The position numbers and the translations under genes were made by a program. Shown here piece by piece: positions 47,716 to 57,345 of a stretch of 64,000 nucleotides of DNA. The number at the start of each line of letters is the position of its first letter. The first letter of the stretch is position 1. The stretch comes from Candidatus Woesearchaeota archaeon (GTDB lineage: Archaea; Nanobdellota; Nanobdellia; Pacearchaeales; GW2011-AR1): assembly GCA_964573625.1 (NCBI GenBank), contig CAZNJU010000001.1, forward strand, positions 256,661-320,660, written 5' to 3'. Below the pieces are notes generated by a model. That model was not told where the DNA came from and ran no database searches. It worked only from the letters and a program-made list of their open reading frames with translations.

Positions 47716-48197
47716 TGTGCAGCCTCCGCAGGAACTGGTTTAGCCTTAGGTGTTGTAGCTCGAATAGTGATAATATTTTCTTCATTAACCTGTACAATAT
47801 ATCCAGGAGCGCTAACAACTTTTCCACCAATTGAAACTCGCTTATGAGAAATCATTTGACGCGCTTGCTTAGGTGTTGTAGCAAGTCCCTTCTTAATAAG
47901 GATCATTCCAAGGCGTCTCTGGAAAAGATTTTCTTTAGTAAGTGCAAGAACATCAGCAATCGACTTAACTTCCAAGCCTACTTTGTTAAGTTTAGCGAAA
48001 AACATTTGTTGATCTTTATTATCAGCAGTGATAAGCTTTTTGGCTCGAGTTCTGAGGTATCTGACGCGTGATTCTGTTTTCCAAATTTCTCGCTTATTCT
48101 TCAAACCATATTTTTCAACAAGCTTATTTTCCTCAGAGATTCTATCAATGTCGTACAATTTTCGAGGCCAGGAGAACTTCTTATGCTTTCTTATCAT
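47712..48197 (-). CDS. rps4: ribosomal protein uS4
   Basis: KLYDIDRISEENKLVEKYGLKNKREIWK and the S4 domain ...RRLGMILIKKGLATT. Confidence 0.85.
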   Translation of the reverse strand: MIRKHKKFSWPRKLYDIDRISEENKLVEKYGLKNKREIWKTESRVRYLRTRAKKLITADNKDQQMFFAKLNKVGLEVKSIADVLALTKENLFQRRLGMILIKKGLATTPKQARQMISHKRVSIGGKVVSAPGYIVQVNEENIITIRATTPKAKPVPAEAAQ

Positions 48198-48705
48198 TCT
48201 TCTTTACCCCCACTGCCTTTCTTTTCGCTCTGAAGTGGCTTCTCGTGCGCTGACCGCGTACAGGTTGCCCTGCAGCATGTCGCATACCTTTGTAGCTCTT
48301 CATCTTCTTCATGCGTTTTATATCGAATTCTTTGACAATATCCAAGTCGTTCGTCAGAAGGTGCTTGTGTTCACCAGCATCAAGATCAGATCTTCGATTC
48401 ATCATGTAAACAGGAAGCTTAAGATTTTTGAGTTCGTGTTCAATCTTACCAATCAACTCTTTTCCAAGATCAGAAACTTTCATTCGCTTGTCTAGTTTTA
48501 GATTATAACAAATAATATTTGCAACGGCCCAAGAAACGCCCTTAACTTTAGTCAATCCAACATACACATTTTTGCTTGCAGGGATGTCTTGACCAAAAAT
48601 TCTTACAAGTGCCTCGCTATGTTCTTCCTGAGGTCTTTTTTTAACAGCTTCAGGCTGTTGCTCAGGTTGTTTATTCTTTGTTTGTTTTTGTTCTTTCTTT
48701 TCCAT
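48181..48705 (-). CDS. rps13: ribosomal protein uS13
   Basis: ALVRIFGQDIPASKNVYVGLTKVKGVS...GQRTRSHFR. Confidence 0.85.
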   Translation of the reverse strand: MEKKEQKQTKNKQPEQQPEAVKKRPQEEHSEALVRIFGQDIPASKNVYVGLTKVKGVSWAVANIICYNLKLDKRMKVSDLGKELIGKIEHELKNLKLPVYMMNRRSDLDAGEHKHLLTNDLDIVKEFDIKRMKKMKSYKGMRHAAGQPVRGQRTRSHFRAKRKAVGVKKNDKKA

Positions 48706-48706
48706 A

Positions 48707-49246
48707 TTATCCTATAAAGAGTCTATGCCGCTGGTCTTCCGTAATCTCTTCCATGAGTCTTTTCTCAATGGCTTTTCGAGGATCTGGAATACCATTCGCG
48801 CGCTGCCGAATATCGTCGAACGACTCAAACGGCTTCTGCTCGCGTGCAGTAAGGATCTCTTGCATATGTTTTTTTCCGAAACCAGGAAGCAATTCAAGCT
48901 GATGTAATCGGGTGTTAATGGCTCGAGCGTTGTTAAAGAACATGACAAATTCTTTCTCTCGCTCCCCAACAACCTTCACAAGGAAGTCTTGAAGTTGGAT
49001 CTTCGCTGTTTCTGTAAGCTTTGCGTATGAAAGCCTACCTACGATGTAGTATACCTTATCTCTCTTTTCGGGACCTATATAAACCTTTTCTTGTGTCGTA
49101 AACGTTGCGCCTCTAACGGGAGACAATTCAAGAAGTGTTAAATGCGTTTCACCGATAGCCTGAACTACAGGCGTTCGTCTACCTTCTAGAGGATACCCAT
49201 ACGGTAAGTAATCTAGAACAATTGCATGATCGTCTTTCTTTCTCAT
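48707..49246 (-). CDS. DUF655-family RNA-binding protein (conserved archaeal partner of L21e/RpoF)
   Basis: DHAIVLDYLPYG at the N-terminus and a C-terminal HhH-like segment. Its position after rpoF is conserved. Confidence 0.6.
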   Translation of the reverse strand: MRKKDDHAIVLDYLPYGYPLEGRRTPVVQAIGETHLTLLELSPVRGATFTTQEKVYIGPEKRDKVYYIVGRLSYAKLTETAKIQLQDFLVKVVGEREKEFVMFFNNARAINTRLHQLELLPGFGKKHMQEILTAREQKPFESFDDIRQRANGIPDPRKAIEKRLMEEITEDQRHRLFIG

Positions 49247-49248
49247 GT

Positions 49249-49548
49249 TCAGTAGTTTTTGACAATGTCAAGGACGGCATTGGTTTCGCTCTCTTCAAAA
49301 GAGACGTCATGGAATATCTTGTGAACTTGCTCGCTGTCACGAGGTAGAAAGTCTACAATTTTCGCAATATGTTCTTCGCTGATCTTCACATTTGCAAGCG
49401 CTCTAATTTCATCAGCAAGTTTATGCGCTTTTTCCTGAGAAAGATTTCCAAATTTTTTCAAGTAGTCTTCAAGAGCTTTCTTTTCGCTCACATCGCCAGC
49501 TAGGTGCTGTACTTCAGCAAGGGTTAAAGGTTTCATTGATAATATCAT
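49249..49548 (-). CDS. rpoF: RNA polymerase subunit F (Rpo4)-like
   Basis: About 100 aa, acidic and helical. It lies between L21e and DUF655 as in the conserved archaeal cluster. Confidence 0.5.
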   Translation of the reverse strand: MILSMKPLTLAEVQHLAGDVSEKKALEDYLKKFGNLSQEKAHKLADEIRALANVKISEEHIAKIVDFLPRDSEQVHKIFHDVSFEESETNAVLDIVKNY

Positions 49549-49805
49549 TGGGTTACAGTTATCTTCTTAAGATGAATAGGTTTGACCGTAAAATGCTTGG
49601 TAGCATTATAGTCTTTTACTGAAACAACATAGGCTGCTCCACGCTTCTCAATAACAACGCCTGTTTTGCCTTGCATACGCTTAGGAAAAGAGGTTTTAAA
49701 GCTCAAATCTCGAACAAGCGCGACTGAGTCTCCAGCTTTTAGGGGCTGAAAGTAGCGACTGAATGCAATTTTCCCGCGTTCACTTAGTTTTTTCCGTTTT
49801 AACAT
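49545..49805 (-). CDS. rpl21e: ribosomal protein L21e
   Basis: KGDSVALVRDLSFKTSFPKRMQGKTGVVIEKRGAAYVV. Confidence 0.8.
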   Translation of the reverse strand: MLKRKKLSERGKIAFSRYFQPLKAGDSVALVRDLSFKTSFPKRMQGKTGVVIEKRGAAYVVSVKDYNATKHFTVKPIHLKKITVTQ

Positions 49806-50080
49806 AGCAATACCTCAGAACACTACTTTAAAAAGCTTTCCTCAAGAATTATTCGCCGACAGAGCCTTGGAACAAGTCGCCCTTTTCTTTAGCGCTATCC
49901 ATATTAGTCTTAATAGCATTGAACATTTTATCTCCCCAGATACCATGACCGCATCGGTCACAGACTTCAAATGCACGATCATCGCTTATCGCGCTCTTAC
50001 AAAATCCACATTTCTTCACCATTTTTATTCCTCTTTCTTTTGGTACATTTATTATTTATAAATGTTTATGTGTCCGATCG

Positions 50081-51292
50081 CTATTCATATCTAAGTGCTT
50101 TAACCGGTCGCACTTTGGAAGCTTGCCACGCAGGTAATACTCCTGAAACTGCACCGACAACAAATGCAAATGCAAGGCATCCTACAAAGAGATACCACGG
50201 AGCCGCGGCCTGAAGAAGATCAGTTCCTAAAATGCTGTTAGCAATTAATGAAATAAGTTCGCTGATTCCCCAACCCAGTAATACTCCGATAGTCCCTCCA
50301 AGCATTCCAAGCAACCCGGATTCAATAAGAAATATGATGAGAATATCTGCATTTCGAGCACCAACTGCTTTCATCACTCCAATCTCCTTTGTTCTTTCTA
50401 ACACCGAAGTATACATCGTATTCATAATCCCCACACCTCCAACAATAAGTGATATTCCTGCAACAGCTGTGAGGAAAAGAGTAATGATGTCTAAGATAGA
50501 TCCGAAACTATTGAGCAATTCTTCAGGAGTCAATATCGCGAAATCTTTAGTATCTTCAGTAACTCCTCGTGTAGAGAGAAGTTTTTTCTCAACACGCTTA
50601 GCAACTTCCTTGACATCTGCACCCGGATTGATTTGAACAATTACTTGATCAACACGATCGGTATTATTATAGAGCGTTTTAAAGTCGTCAAGAGACATGT
50701 AAATGAGCTTATCATCGACGGGATTTCCAATAGTCTTCAATATTCCTTTAACTTTGAAAGATACGCCATTAATCAAAATGTTATTTCCTTCAGAAATCGG
50801 AATTTTAAACACTGTGCCTTCGCCATATTTACTTCCAAGCATTACTTTTCCAACGTCGCCCCTCTGCAGAAGTTTTCCTTGAGACGCCTCATAAGAACCA
50901 GCTTCTTCGAGTACTTTTGATTTATCAAGGGGATACCCTATGACTTGCAAGAATCTTTTCTCGCTTCTAAAAGTAACTTCGGCATTTCCAACCGCATCAT
51001 ACGAAATATCTTTCACGCCAGAAACTCGTTCAATGGTATTTATGTCAGAAATGGTAAGCTCAGCAGCCCCACCGCTTCCAGGTCCTGCAATTTGCCCGCC
51101 AGGCTGAATGAAAAATTTGTCTGTTCCAAACGCTCTAAACTCTTCAGTTACAGCGTTCTGCAATCCGACAGACATGCTTACCAAAACGAAAATAGTGGCT
51201 ATCGAAATGAAAATACCTAACATAGTTAACCACGATCGGAGTTTTCGTTTCTTCAAATTGCGTATTCCTAAAACAATGTAATCACGAATCAT
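50081..51292 (-). CDS. ABC transporter permease, FtsX/MacB-like (4 TM, large extracytoplasmic loop)
   Basis: TM1, a periplasmic domain of about 220 aa, then three C-terminal TM helices with the conserved TMYTSVLERTKEIGVMKAVGA segment. Confidence 0.75.
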   Translation of the reverse strand: MIRDYIVLGIRNLKKRKLRSWLTMLGIFISIATIFVLVSMSVGLQNAVTEEFRAFGTDKFFIQPGGQIAGPGSGGAAELTISDINTIERVSGVKDISYDAVGNAEVTFRSEKRFLQVIGYPLDKSKVLEEAGSYEASQGKLLQRGDVGKVMLGSKYGEGTVFKIPISEGNNILINGVSFKVKGILKTIGNPVDDKLIYMSLDDFKTLYNNTDRVDQVIVQINPGADVKEVAKRVEKKLLSTRGVTEDTKDFAILTPEELLNSFGSILDIITLFLTAVAGISLIVGGVGIMNTMYTSVLERTKEIGVMKAVGARNADILIIFLIESGLLGMLGGTIGVLLGWGISELISLIANSILGTDLLQAAAPWYLFVGCLAFAFVVGAVSGVLPAWQASKVRPVKALRYE

Positions 51293-52503
51293 CTTCTAAA
51301 TGCCTCCACAGGTTTCAATCGAGCTGCTTGAAGAGAAGGCAGTAATCCGGAGAGCACTCCAATGAGGAATGAGAAAAGAATGACTCCAAAAACGAGCGGC
51401 CACGAAATAGTTATGGCTAGCAAATTGCTTCCGAGCGCCTTTGCTGCAAGTGACGAAATACCGAATGCGATGAAGAGACCCATAGCAGAGCCAATAATTC
51501 CCCCCACGAGGCCTAATAAACCAGATTCAATGACAAAAATAAGAAGTACTCTCGAGTTTCGAGCACCAACCGCTTTCATCACTCCAATCTCCTTTGTTCT
51601 TTCTAACACAGAAGTGTACATCGTATTCATAATTCCTACACCTCCAACAATCAGCGAAATGAATGCGATTCCCACAACAATAACATTAATTACGGTTAAA
51701 ACGGTGTTGATTGTAGAGAGTGCCTGAATGGGTGTTTGAACCGTAAAATCTTCTTCATCAGGTTTTTCATTTCTGTCTCTGCGTAGTTTTTCCTCAATAG
51801 ATTTAGCTACCATCTCAACATTGTTTTTATTCTGAACACGAGCAACGATTAAGTCAAATTCGTCATCAAGATCAAGTAATTGCTTAAGATCTCTTTCACT
51901 CATCAAAATAGCCTGATTAATTTGGAAGCTTCCTGCAGGTTTTAAAATTCCTACAACTTCAAAATCCGTTCCTTGTAAAGTAACATGTCTTCCAACCGTT
52001 ATAGATCTTCCAAATGAGTCATCCGTAAAGCTGCTACCAAGAACAACTTTTCCAGCATCTCCAGCACGAAGCAATCGGCCTTTATCCGGTCGCAAATCCA
52101 TTATAGAATTGATAACATCAACTTTGGCTTGATCATCGGGAATAGTAACTACAAACTGAAATTGAGCTTTCTTATTATATTCCATTTTGAGTACACGGAG
52201 TAAACGCGGAATAACCATAGAAACACCTGGAACATTTGCGATAAGCTGTACATCGTGATCGGTTAATTTAGTGATTGCGGTGCTTCCCGGAGGTCCGAAA
52301 CTTGTCTGTGCATTCTGAATTACAAGTGTGTCAGCCGAAAGACTCGAAAATTGCGCAGTCACAGCACTCTGCAAACCCTGTCCTAATGAAATAAGTGCAA
52401 CTATCGTGGCGATGCCTATGAAAATACCTAACATCGTCAACCACGATCGCAAACCTCTATGCTTGAGATTTTGAACAGCTAATGAGAAATAATCACGAAT
52501 CAT
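51289..52503 (-). CDS. ABC transporter permease, FtsX/MacB-like (paralog)
   Basis: The same architecture, with an identical 21-residue block TMYTSVLERTKEIGVMKAVGARN. Confidence 0.75.
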   Translation of the reverse strand: MIRDYFSLAVQNLKHRGLRSWLTMLGIFIGIATIVALISLGQGLQSAVTAQFSSLSADTLVIQNAQTSFGPPGSTAITKLTDHDVQLIANVPGVSMVIPRLLRVLKMEYNKKAQFQFVVTIPDDQAKVDVINSIMDLRPDKGRLLRAGDAGKVVLGSSFTDDSFGRSITVGRHVTLQGTDFEVVGILKPAGSFQINQAILMSERDLKQLLDLDDEFDLIVARVQNKNNVEMVAKSIEEKLRRDRNEKPDEEDFTVQTPIQALSTINTVLTVINVIVVGIAFISLIVGGVGIMNTMYTSVLERTKEIGVMKAVGARNSRVLLIFVIESGLLGLVGGIIGSAMGLFIAFGISSLAAKALGSNLLAITISWPLVFGVILFSFLIGVLSGLLPSLQAARLKPVEAFRR

Positions 52504-52520
52504 AAAACGTCTTAACTATC

Positions 52521-53237
52521 TCACTTGGAAACAATTTTCCAAGTACCATTTATTTTTCTTTTAATATGCTCGACTTTCCCATCTTTTATTTGATAGACTG
52601 TGCGTACATACGCCAATGCTAACTCTGGAGAGTGTGTAACCATAATAATCGTCTTACCTTCTTTGTTAAGCTCCTGCAGAAATTTCATAACCATATTACC
52701 TGTTTTCGTATCAAGATTACCTGTAGGTTCGTCTGCAAGAATCACTTCTGGGTCATTTGCAAGCGCTCGAGCTATAGCGACACGCTGCTGTTGTCCGCCA
52801 GAAAGCTGATTAGGATAATAGTTAATTCTATCACCGAGATCAACTTTTCTCAAAAGTTTTTCAGCTCTATCTTCTCGTTCAGCTCTATCAATTCCTTGAA
52901 AAAGCATAGGTAACATCACGTTTTCTTTAGCAGTTAAATTGGGAATAAGATTGAAACTTTGAAAGATAAATCCAATTTTCTTTCCACGTATCTGCGCGAG
53001 ATCTGATTCGCTAAGCATTTCGATATTGATATTATCCAGGAAAATGGATCCCTTTGTAGCAAGATCTAAACTTCCTACAAGATTCATAGCAGTAGACTTT
53101 CCAGAGCCAGATGGACCCATAATAGCTACAAAATCTCCTTGTTCAATAGAAATGTTCATTCCATCAACAGCTTTGACGGTAGTGTCTCCCATCTCATAAT
53201 ATTTTGAGACGTTTTTTAATTGTATAATATCAGCCAT
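52521..53237 (-). CDS. ABC transporter ATP-binding protein (MacB/LolD/FtsE-like)
   Basis: Walker [10 protein letters not shown], signature [15 protein letters not shown] and Walker [12 protein letters not shown]. Confidence 0.85.
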   Translation of the reverse strand: MADIIQLKNVSKYYEMGDTTVKAVDGMNISIEQGDFVAIMGPSGSGKSTAMNLVGSLDLATKGSIFLDNINIEMLSESDLAQIRGKKIGFIFQSFNLIPNLTAKENVMLPMLFQGIDRAEREDRAEKLLRKVDLGDRINYYPNQLSGGQQQRVAIARALANDPEVILADEPTGNLDTKTGNMVMKFLQELNKEGKTIIMVTHSPELALAYVRTVYQIKDGKVEHIKRKINGTWKIVSK

Positions 53238-53335
53238 ATATTTTCGTAGAGCGCTTCGCTTATAATCCTTTGTTTATCGAATCAATCGACAGTTATGAGG
53301 GCAACATTTAAAAGAGGTTTTATCATTAGGACTTT

Positions 53336-54211
53336 ATGAAAGGAAAAGTCTTATTTGTTTGTTTAGCCTTTATCTCATTGGTAAGTTTGCTCCAAGTAGC
53401 TTCTGCTTTATGTGAACCTCGCGTCTCATTGCTTAATCAGGATCCGTACCCAGCTATTCCTGGAGATTATGCTAGAATTGTGTTTCAGGTTACCGGGGTC
53501 GACAATCCAGAATGCGACACAGTTAATTTCATGCTTCAACAAGATTACCCTATAAGTCTTGATCCTGGAGCAAGCCCCTTTGTAAGTCTTAAAGGCGGAG
53601 CATATTTACTCGATTATGGGACATTTTTTCTAGTTCCTTACAAAGTAAGAATAGATCAAGACGCCTTAGATGGCAATTACACCTTAAAAGTCAATTATGG
53701 TTCAAACAATAATCCTGTCTCTCTTTATCGCACAAGCAGCTTTGATTTGATAGTCAATGATACTCATACGGACTTCGATGTGTTTGTGGATAGTTATTCA
53801 GACACAACAAAAAGTCTCACGTTAAACATTGTAAATATTGGTAAAAATGATGCAAACGCTCTAACTGTTAAACTTCCTACACAAGATGGCCTAAATGTGA
53901 CTGCCGGAAGCGATAAGACCGTCGGTAAGTTGAGCGCAACAGATGATACAACGGTTACTTTTACAGCAATTCCTTCCGGAACTAGTTCTCTTAAAGTTAG
54001 TCTTTATTACACGGATTTAATCGGAAAGCGACGCCAAGTCGATAAGATAGTTCCCTTCACAGCTAGTTCATACGCGAGTACAGAAACTGCTAAATCAAAC
54101 CTAGGGATCTACTTTTACTTGTTAATTCTCACTTGGGTTGTAGTTGCAGGATATTGGTTCTTCATTGTTCGAAGACGAAAAAAGAAGAAATTCGATTCTC
54201 TAAGAAAGTAG
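53336..54211 (+). CDS. cell-surface protein with CARDB-like beta domains, signal peptide and C-terminal TM anchor
   Basis: A signal peptide ending in ...SLLQVASALC, two beta-sandwich-like segments (LTLNIVNIGKNDANALTVKL) and a C-terminal LLILTWVVVAGYWFFIVRRRKKKK. Confidence 0.45.
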   Translation: MKGKVLFVCLAFISLVSLLQVASALCEPRVSLLNQDPYPAIPGDYARIVFQVTGVDNPECDTVNFMLQQDYPISLDPGASPFVSLKGGAYLLDYGTFFLVPYKVRIDQDALDGNYTLKVNYGSNNNPVSLYRTSSFDLIVNDTHTDFDVFVDSYSDTTKSLTLNIVNIGKNDANALTVKLPTQDGLNVTAGSDKTVGKLSATDDTTVTFTAIPSGTSSLKVSLYYTDLIGKRRQVDKIVPFTASSYASTETAKSNLGIYFYLLILTWVVVAGYWFFIVRRRKKKKFDSLRK

Positions 54212-54266
54212 ACCTTTTCGTTACTACTGAACAAAGGTTTAAATATAGGAATTTTATTCTAAAATC

Positions 54267-55208
54267 ATGAGCGCTAAGCAACGAGTTATAAAATATCAGA
54301 ATTCTTCAGGCAGTTTTAACTTTACACGATATAAAATTCACAACAAAATCTCAGGGACAATTACCGAGTACTTGGGAGAAGTCGCTACCAATGGAAAGGA
54401 CTACCACGGAAGCAGAAAACTGACAGACCGCCATGCGATAATTCAACAAAAACTCAATGAATTTGCAAATCGAACGTATTCCAACGAAACTGAAAAATCG
54501 GAAGCACTCCAAGAGCTTGATCGTGTTTCAGAAGTCCTCTCAATGACGTTATATAGGAATAGTTCCATGAAGAGCAAGAAATACGCGCATCTTCTTCAAG
54601 AAACTAAAGAAAAAATTACATCAATTACTCAACTATTGCGACCTGTTCAAAACTCTTCTCTTGAAGAAAGCATTTCTCCACTAGCAGACTCTGGAACGTC
54701 TACTTACATTCCTCAGATCTCGGGTCCTGCACCCATGTTTGTCCAGTTGAACAACGCACTCCAGACACGCCGAGAACTTGGTAATTCAATCCCTATTTCC
54801 CCCGAATTGCAGTCAAAATGGAATTTGTTAAATGCTTCTTACCAACGAGCACAGTTGGAAGGAAAAATAAAACATCCTCTCAATCATCAATATGATGTAG
54901 GTATGGCCCTCCTGGCCTTTAGTGGTAAAACTCAAGAAGAACACGTTAAGCAATATGAAAAAAAACCGGTTACCGTTGCCTCAAACTCACGATTTGTAAT
55001 CAAAAGACCAGCCCTCAGATTAGCAGGAGTAGCCGCAGGAGTAATTATGACTTTGAGCGGAGTTATTGCTGGTCTCTCACTAACTCCTCAGTCCTCAAGT
55101 AAACCAACGGCAAAAGACAGAACACCCTTTATCCAAACGCCTGCTCCAACAGGTAGAGCTGATCAGTATAACTCTAATTCTTCAAAAGCAACGCTATCTC
55201 TAAAATAA
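54267..55208 (+). CDS. hypothetical protein with C-terminal TM segment
   Basis: 313 aa with a hydrophobic stretch LAGVAAGVIMTLSGVIAGLSL near the C-terminus. Confidence 0.3.
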   Translation: MSAKQRVIKYQNSSGSFNFTRYKIHNKISGTITEYLGEVATNGKDYHGSRKLTDRHAIIQQKLNEFANRTYSNETEKSEALQELDRVSEVLSMTLYRNSSMKSKKYAHLLQETKEKITSITQLLRPVQNSSLEESISPLADSGTSTYIPQISGPAPMFVQLNNALQTRRELGNSIPISPELQSKWNLLNASYQRAQLEGKIKHPLNHQYDVGMALLAFSGKTQEEHVKQYEKKPVTVASNSRFVIKRPALRLAGVAAGVIMTLSGVIAGLSLTPQSSSKPTAKDRTPFIQTPAPTGRADQYNSNSSKATLSLK

Positions 55209-55250
55209 TAACACCTTAACATTTAAAAACCCCGAAACGCCACTACTACC

Positions 55251-55448
55251 ATGATTATACCTGTTCGATGTTTCAGTTGCGGTAAACCTATCGCGCATCT
55301 TTGGGAAGAATACAAGCGACGCACGCAGGCTGGCGAAGAAGCCGGAAAAGTTCTTACTGATCTTGGTCTTACCAGATACTGCTGCAGAGCTGCATTACTA
55401 GGCCATGCTGATATGTTGCCTGAAATTACTAAGTTCAAGAAATCTTAA
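55251..55448 (+). CDS. rpoN: RNA polymerase subunit N (Rpo10)
   Basis: MIIPVRCFSCGKPI...RYCCRAALLGH. The zinc-binding CxxC...CC motif is typical of Rpb10/RpoN. Confidence 0.8.
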   Translation: MIIPVRCFSCGKPIAHLWEEYKRRTQAGEEAGKVLTDLGLTRYCCRAALLGHADMLPEITKFKKS

Positions 55449-55639
55449 ATAAATTATAAATATCCTGTTCTCTTTGTTCCTACATGAGAGAGGAAATCTA
55501 TCAACCATTATCTAGCGAAGATCTACGAGAGATCATAGGAAAGGCTAAGTCTGATTATCTAACAAGTCCCGAATACCTTGCTAGACAAGTACAAAGAAAA
55601 GAAATGCAGAAAAGATTAGAACCTTACAGAGATCGAAGT

Positions 55640-55912
55640 TTAAATCGACTTATTGTGACTGATTAATCTTAATTTATTAACAAATTCACATCTTGCACAA
55701 GTTATCATTACATGAGTTTTAGTTACTCTTCTATTGCTATTTGATAAGTCATTATAGCATTTCTTGCAGAATCGCGCCCGATACTTTCCAATGCGTATCT
55801 TGTGCTGCATCGCGAGGCGTTTTATCTTTCTGATCTCTAAAGGTTGAAAAGAAGTCTTCTGAAAAAAAGCCTCGATAGTCTTCATTGCTTCTGTTTTAGA
55901 AGGTTTATTCAT
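55640..55912 (-). CDS. rnp4: RNase P protein subunit Rpp21/Rpr2
   Basis: A basic N-terminal helix and a zinc ribbon CKKC...CARC with about 90 aa, as in archaeal Rpr2. Confidence 0.6.
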   Translation of the reverse strand: MNKPSKTEAMKTIEAFFQKTSFQPLEIRKIKRLAMQHKIRIGKYRARFCKKCYNDLSNSNRRVTKTHVMITCARCEFVNKLRLISHNKSI

Positions 55913-56109
55913 AAGGAAAGAAAGTCAGTTCCCTATTAATAAGTGAGTATAACGAAGACAGCATCCGTGTTTCGCCTCTTGACGGAGACTACCGCACAAG
56001 ACGTCATCAGCTTGACTTCTGTGTTCGGAATGGGAACAGGTATTTCCTGATGACTGTGACCGTCTTCAATCCATCATCATACCAACCATTTAAAAAGGTT
56101 TCGTTACAC

Positions 56110-56682
56110 GAGCAAGACATGAACTATTCAATTATAGGAATAAATGGTCTACCCGGAGCAGGGAAATCCAAGCTTATTAAGAGATTACTTAGCCTTGAAG
56201 AATTCTCATCCTGGAAAGGAATTTCAACAGGCGATATTCTAAGAAAAGATCATGCTCGTCTATGGAAGGACGGCCTATTCGGAGGAAATTTTCAAAGATA
56301 TCTCGCAAGTCTAACTGATAAAGATATTCGAGAATTCAATGCAAAAATACGATGCATGACTGATAAAGGTCAATGGGTTATGGACTCAAGATATGTTATA
56401 GAAAATTGCAGAAGCCGTACAGACACAGCATATGTATTTTTGACTGCCCCATTGGAAGTACGTGTCCATAGAAAAGTGCAAGAATCAGAAGGCAAGTTGT
56501 CTCCGCATGAAGTACAACGAGATTTGCTTGGAAGAGAAGCGTGGGAACTTACAACGGGCAAGCGCTTGTATAATTACGATTACCGCGTTACTAAAGATTA
56601 TCATCTTGTATTAGATACAAGCAAGATGGGAATTAACGCTGAAGCGAAAGCTATTCTCTCTCTTGTCAATAGGAATCTTTAA
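56110..56682 (+). CDS. P-loop nucleotide kinase (cytidylate/adenylate-kinase-like)
   Basis: Start trimmed to MNYSIIGINGLPGAGKSKL (Walker A). It is about 190 aa. The specific substrate is not determinable. Confidence 0.4.
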   Translation, partial: EQDMNYSIIGINGLPGAGKSKLIKRLLSLEEFSSWKGISTGDILRKDHARLWKDGLFGGNFQRYLASLTDKDIREFNAKIRCMTDKGQWVMDSRYVIENCRSRTDTAYVFLTAPLEVRVHRKVQESEGKLSPHEVQRDLLGREAWELTTGKRLYNYDYRVTKDYHLVLDTSKMGINAEAKAILSLVNRNL

Positions 56683-56708
56683 AACTCTCTTTTTGTCTTT
56701 ATTTTAAC

Positions 56709-56792
56709 GCGGGGATGCCGGAGCGGTCAAACGGGACAGACTCAAGATCTGTTGGCTTAGCGCCTTCAGAGGTTCGAATCCTCTTCCCCGCA
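56709..56792 (+). tRNA. tRNA-Leu (anticodon CAA), class II
   Basis: gcggggatgccggagcggtcaaacgggACAGActCAAgaTCTGTtggcttagcgccttcagaggttcgaatcctcttccccgc+a. The first 27 nt are identical to the tRNA-Leu(GAG) at 46437-46520. Confidence 0.8.
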
Positions 56793-56793
56793 T

Positions 56794-57075
56794 GTGGTTA
56801 TAGTTGTTGAAGACCTACGGCTTCATCTGTCGAGAGAAGGAATACTCCTTGATGATGTCTCTCTGATAGAAGCTGTACGTTTCAAAGGAATTTATTCTAT
56901 TGCGGAAGTTAGAGAAATAATGCTAGATACCGCTGCTCTAAAGACGAGACAACTAGAGAAAATTATTGTTGGGATGACTGACATAATTCCCAAAGGCACA
57001 CACTCGTATTTTATCAAATTGAGTAATAAGAAACAATACGTATGGCCTGCCTGGTATTCAATGAATAGGTTTTAA
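56794..57075 (+). CDS. hypothetical protein
   Basis: 93 aa with no motif. Confidence 0.25.
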   Translation: MVIVVEDLRLHLSREGILLDDVSLIEAVRFKGIYSIAEVREIMLDTAALKTRQLEKIIVGMTDIIPKGTHSYFIKLSNKKQYVWPAWYSMNRF

Positions 57076-57100
57076 ACATCTAATCCTGTACAATTTATAT

Positions 57101-57175
57101 GCGCCCGTAGCTCAGCCCGGATAGAGCAATGGGGTCCTAACCCGGAGGTCGTAGGTTCAAATCCTATCGGGCGCG
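57101..57175 (+). tRNA. tRNA-Arg (anticodon CCU)
   Basis: The 7-bp acceptor gcgcccg/cgggcgc, D-arm gctc...gagc, anticodon loop gtCCTaa and T-arm gtagg-ttcaaat-cctat all fold. There is one mismatch at the top of the anticodon stem. Confidence 0.7.
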
Positions 57176-57218
57176 CTCTGCAAAGCTTTAAAACTCCCTA
57201 GTAGATAATTCCCGTAAG

Positions 57219-57305
57219 CGCGGTTAGTTTAATGGCAAAACATCTGGTTTCCAAAATCGCTCTCTAAGCACTTGAAAACACCAGAGGTCACGGGTTCGAT
57301 TCCCG
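57219..57305 (+). tRNA. tRNA-Gly (anticodon UCC) with ~26-nt intron at canonical 37/38 position
   Basis: Exon 1 is gcgcggtta-gttt-aatggca-aaac-a-tctgg-ttTCCa, the intron is aaatcgctctctaagcacttgaaaac and exon 2 is a-ccaga-ggtc-acggg-ttcgatt-cccgt-accgcgc-a. Removing the intron restores the anticodon stem tctgg/ccaga. Confidence 0.65.
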
Positions 57306-57345
57306 TACCGCGCAGTTTACTCTTCGAGCATAATTCACAGATTAT

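Noticed and set aside
55484-55666. 60-aa ORF after rpoN as RpoK/Rpo6
   Set aside because: It has no Rpo6 signature. It overlaps the 3' end of the convergent Rpp21 gene. It is probably spurious or an unrelated micro-protein.
56040-56110. C/D box sRNA (TGATGA at 56048)
   Set aside because: No D or D' (CTGA) box lies at an appropriate distance. The sequence is the 5' extension of the kinase ORF.
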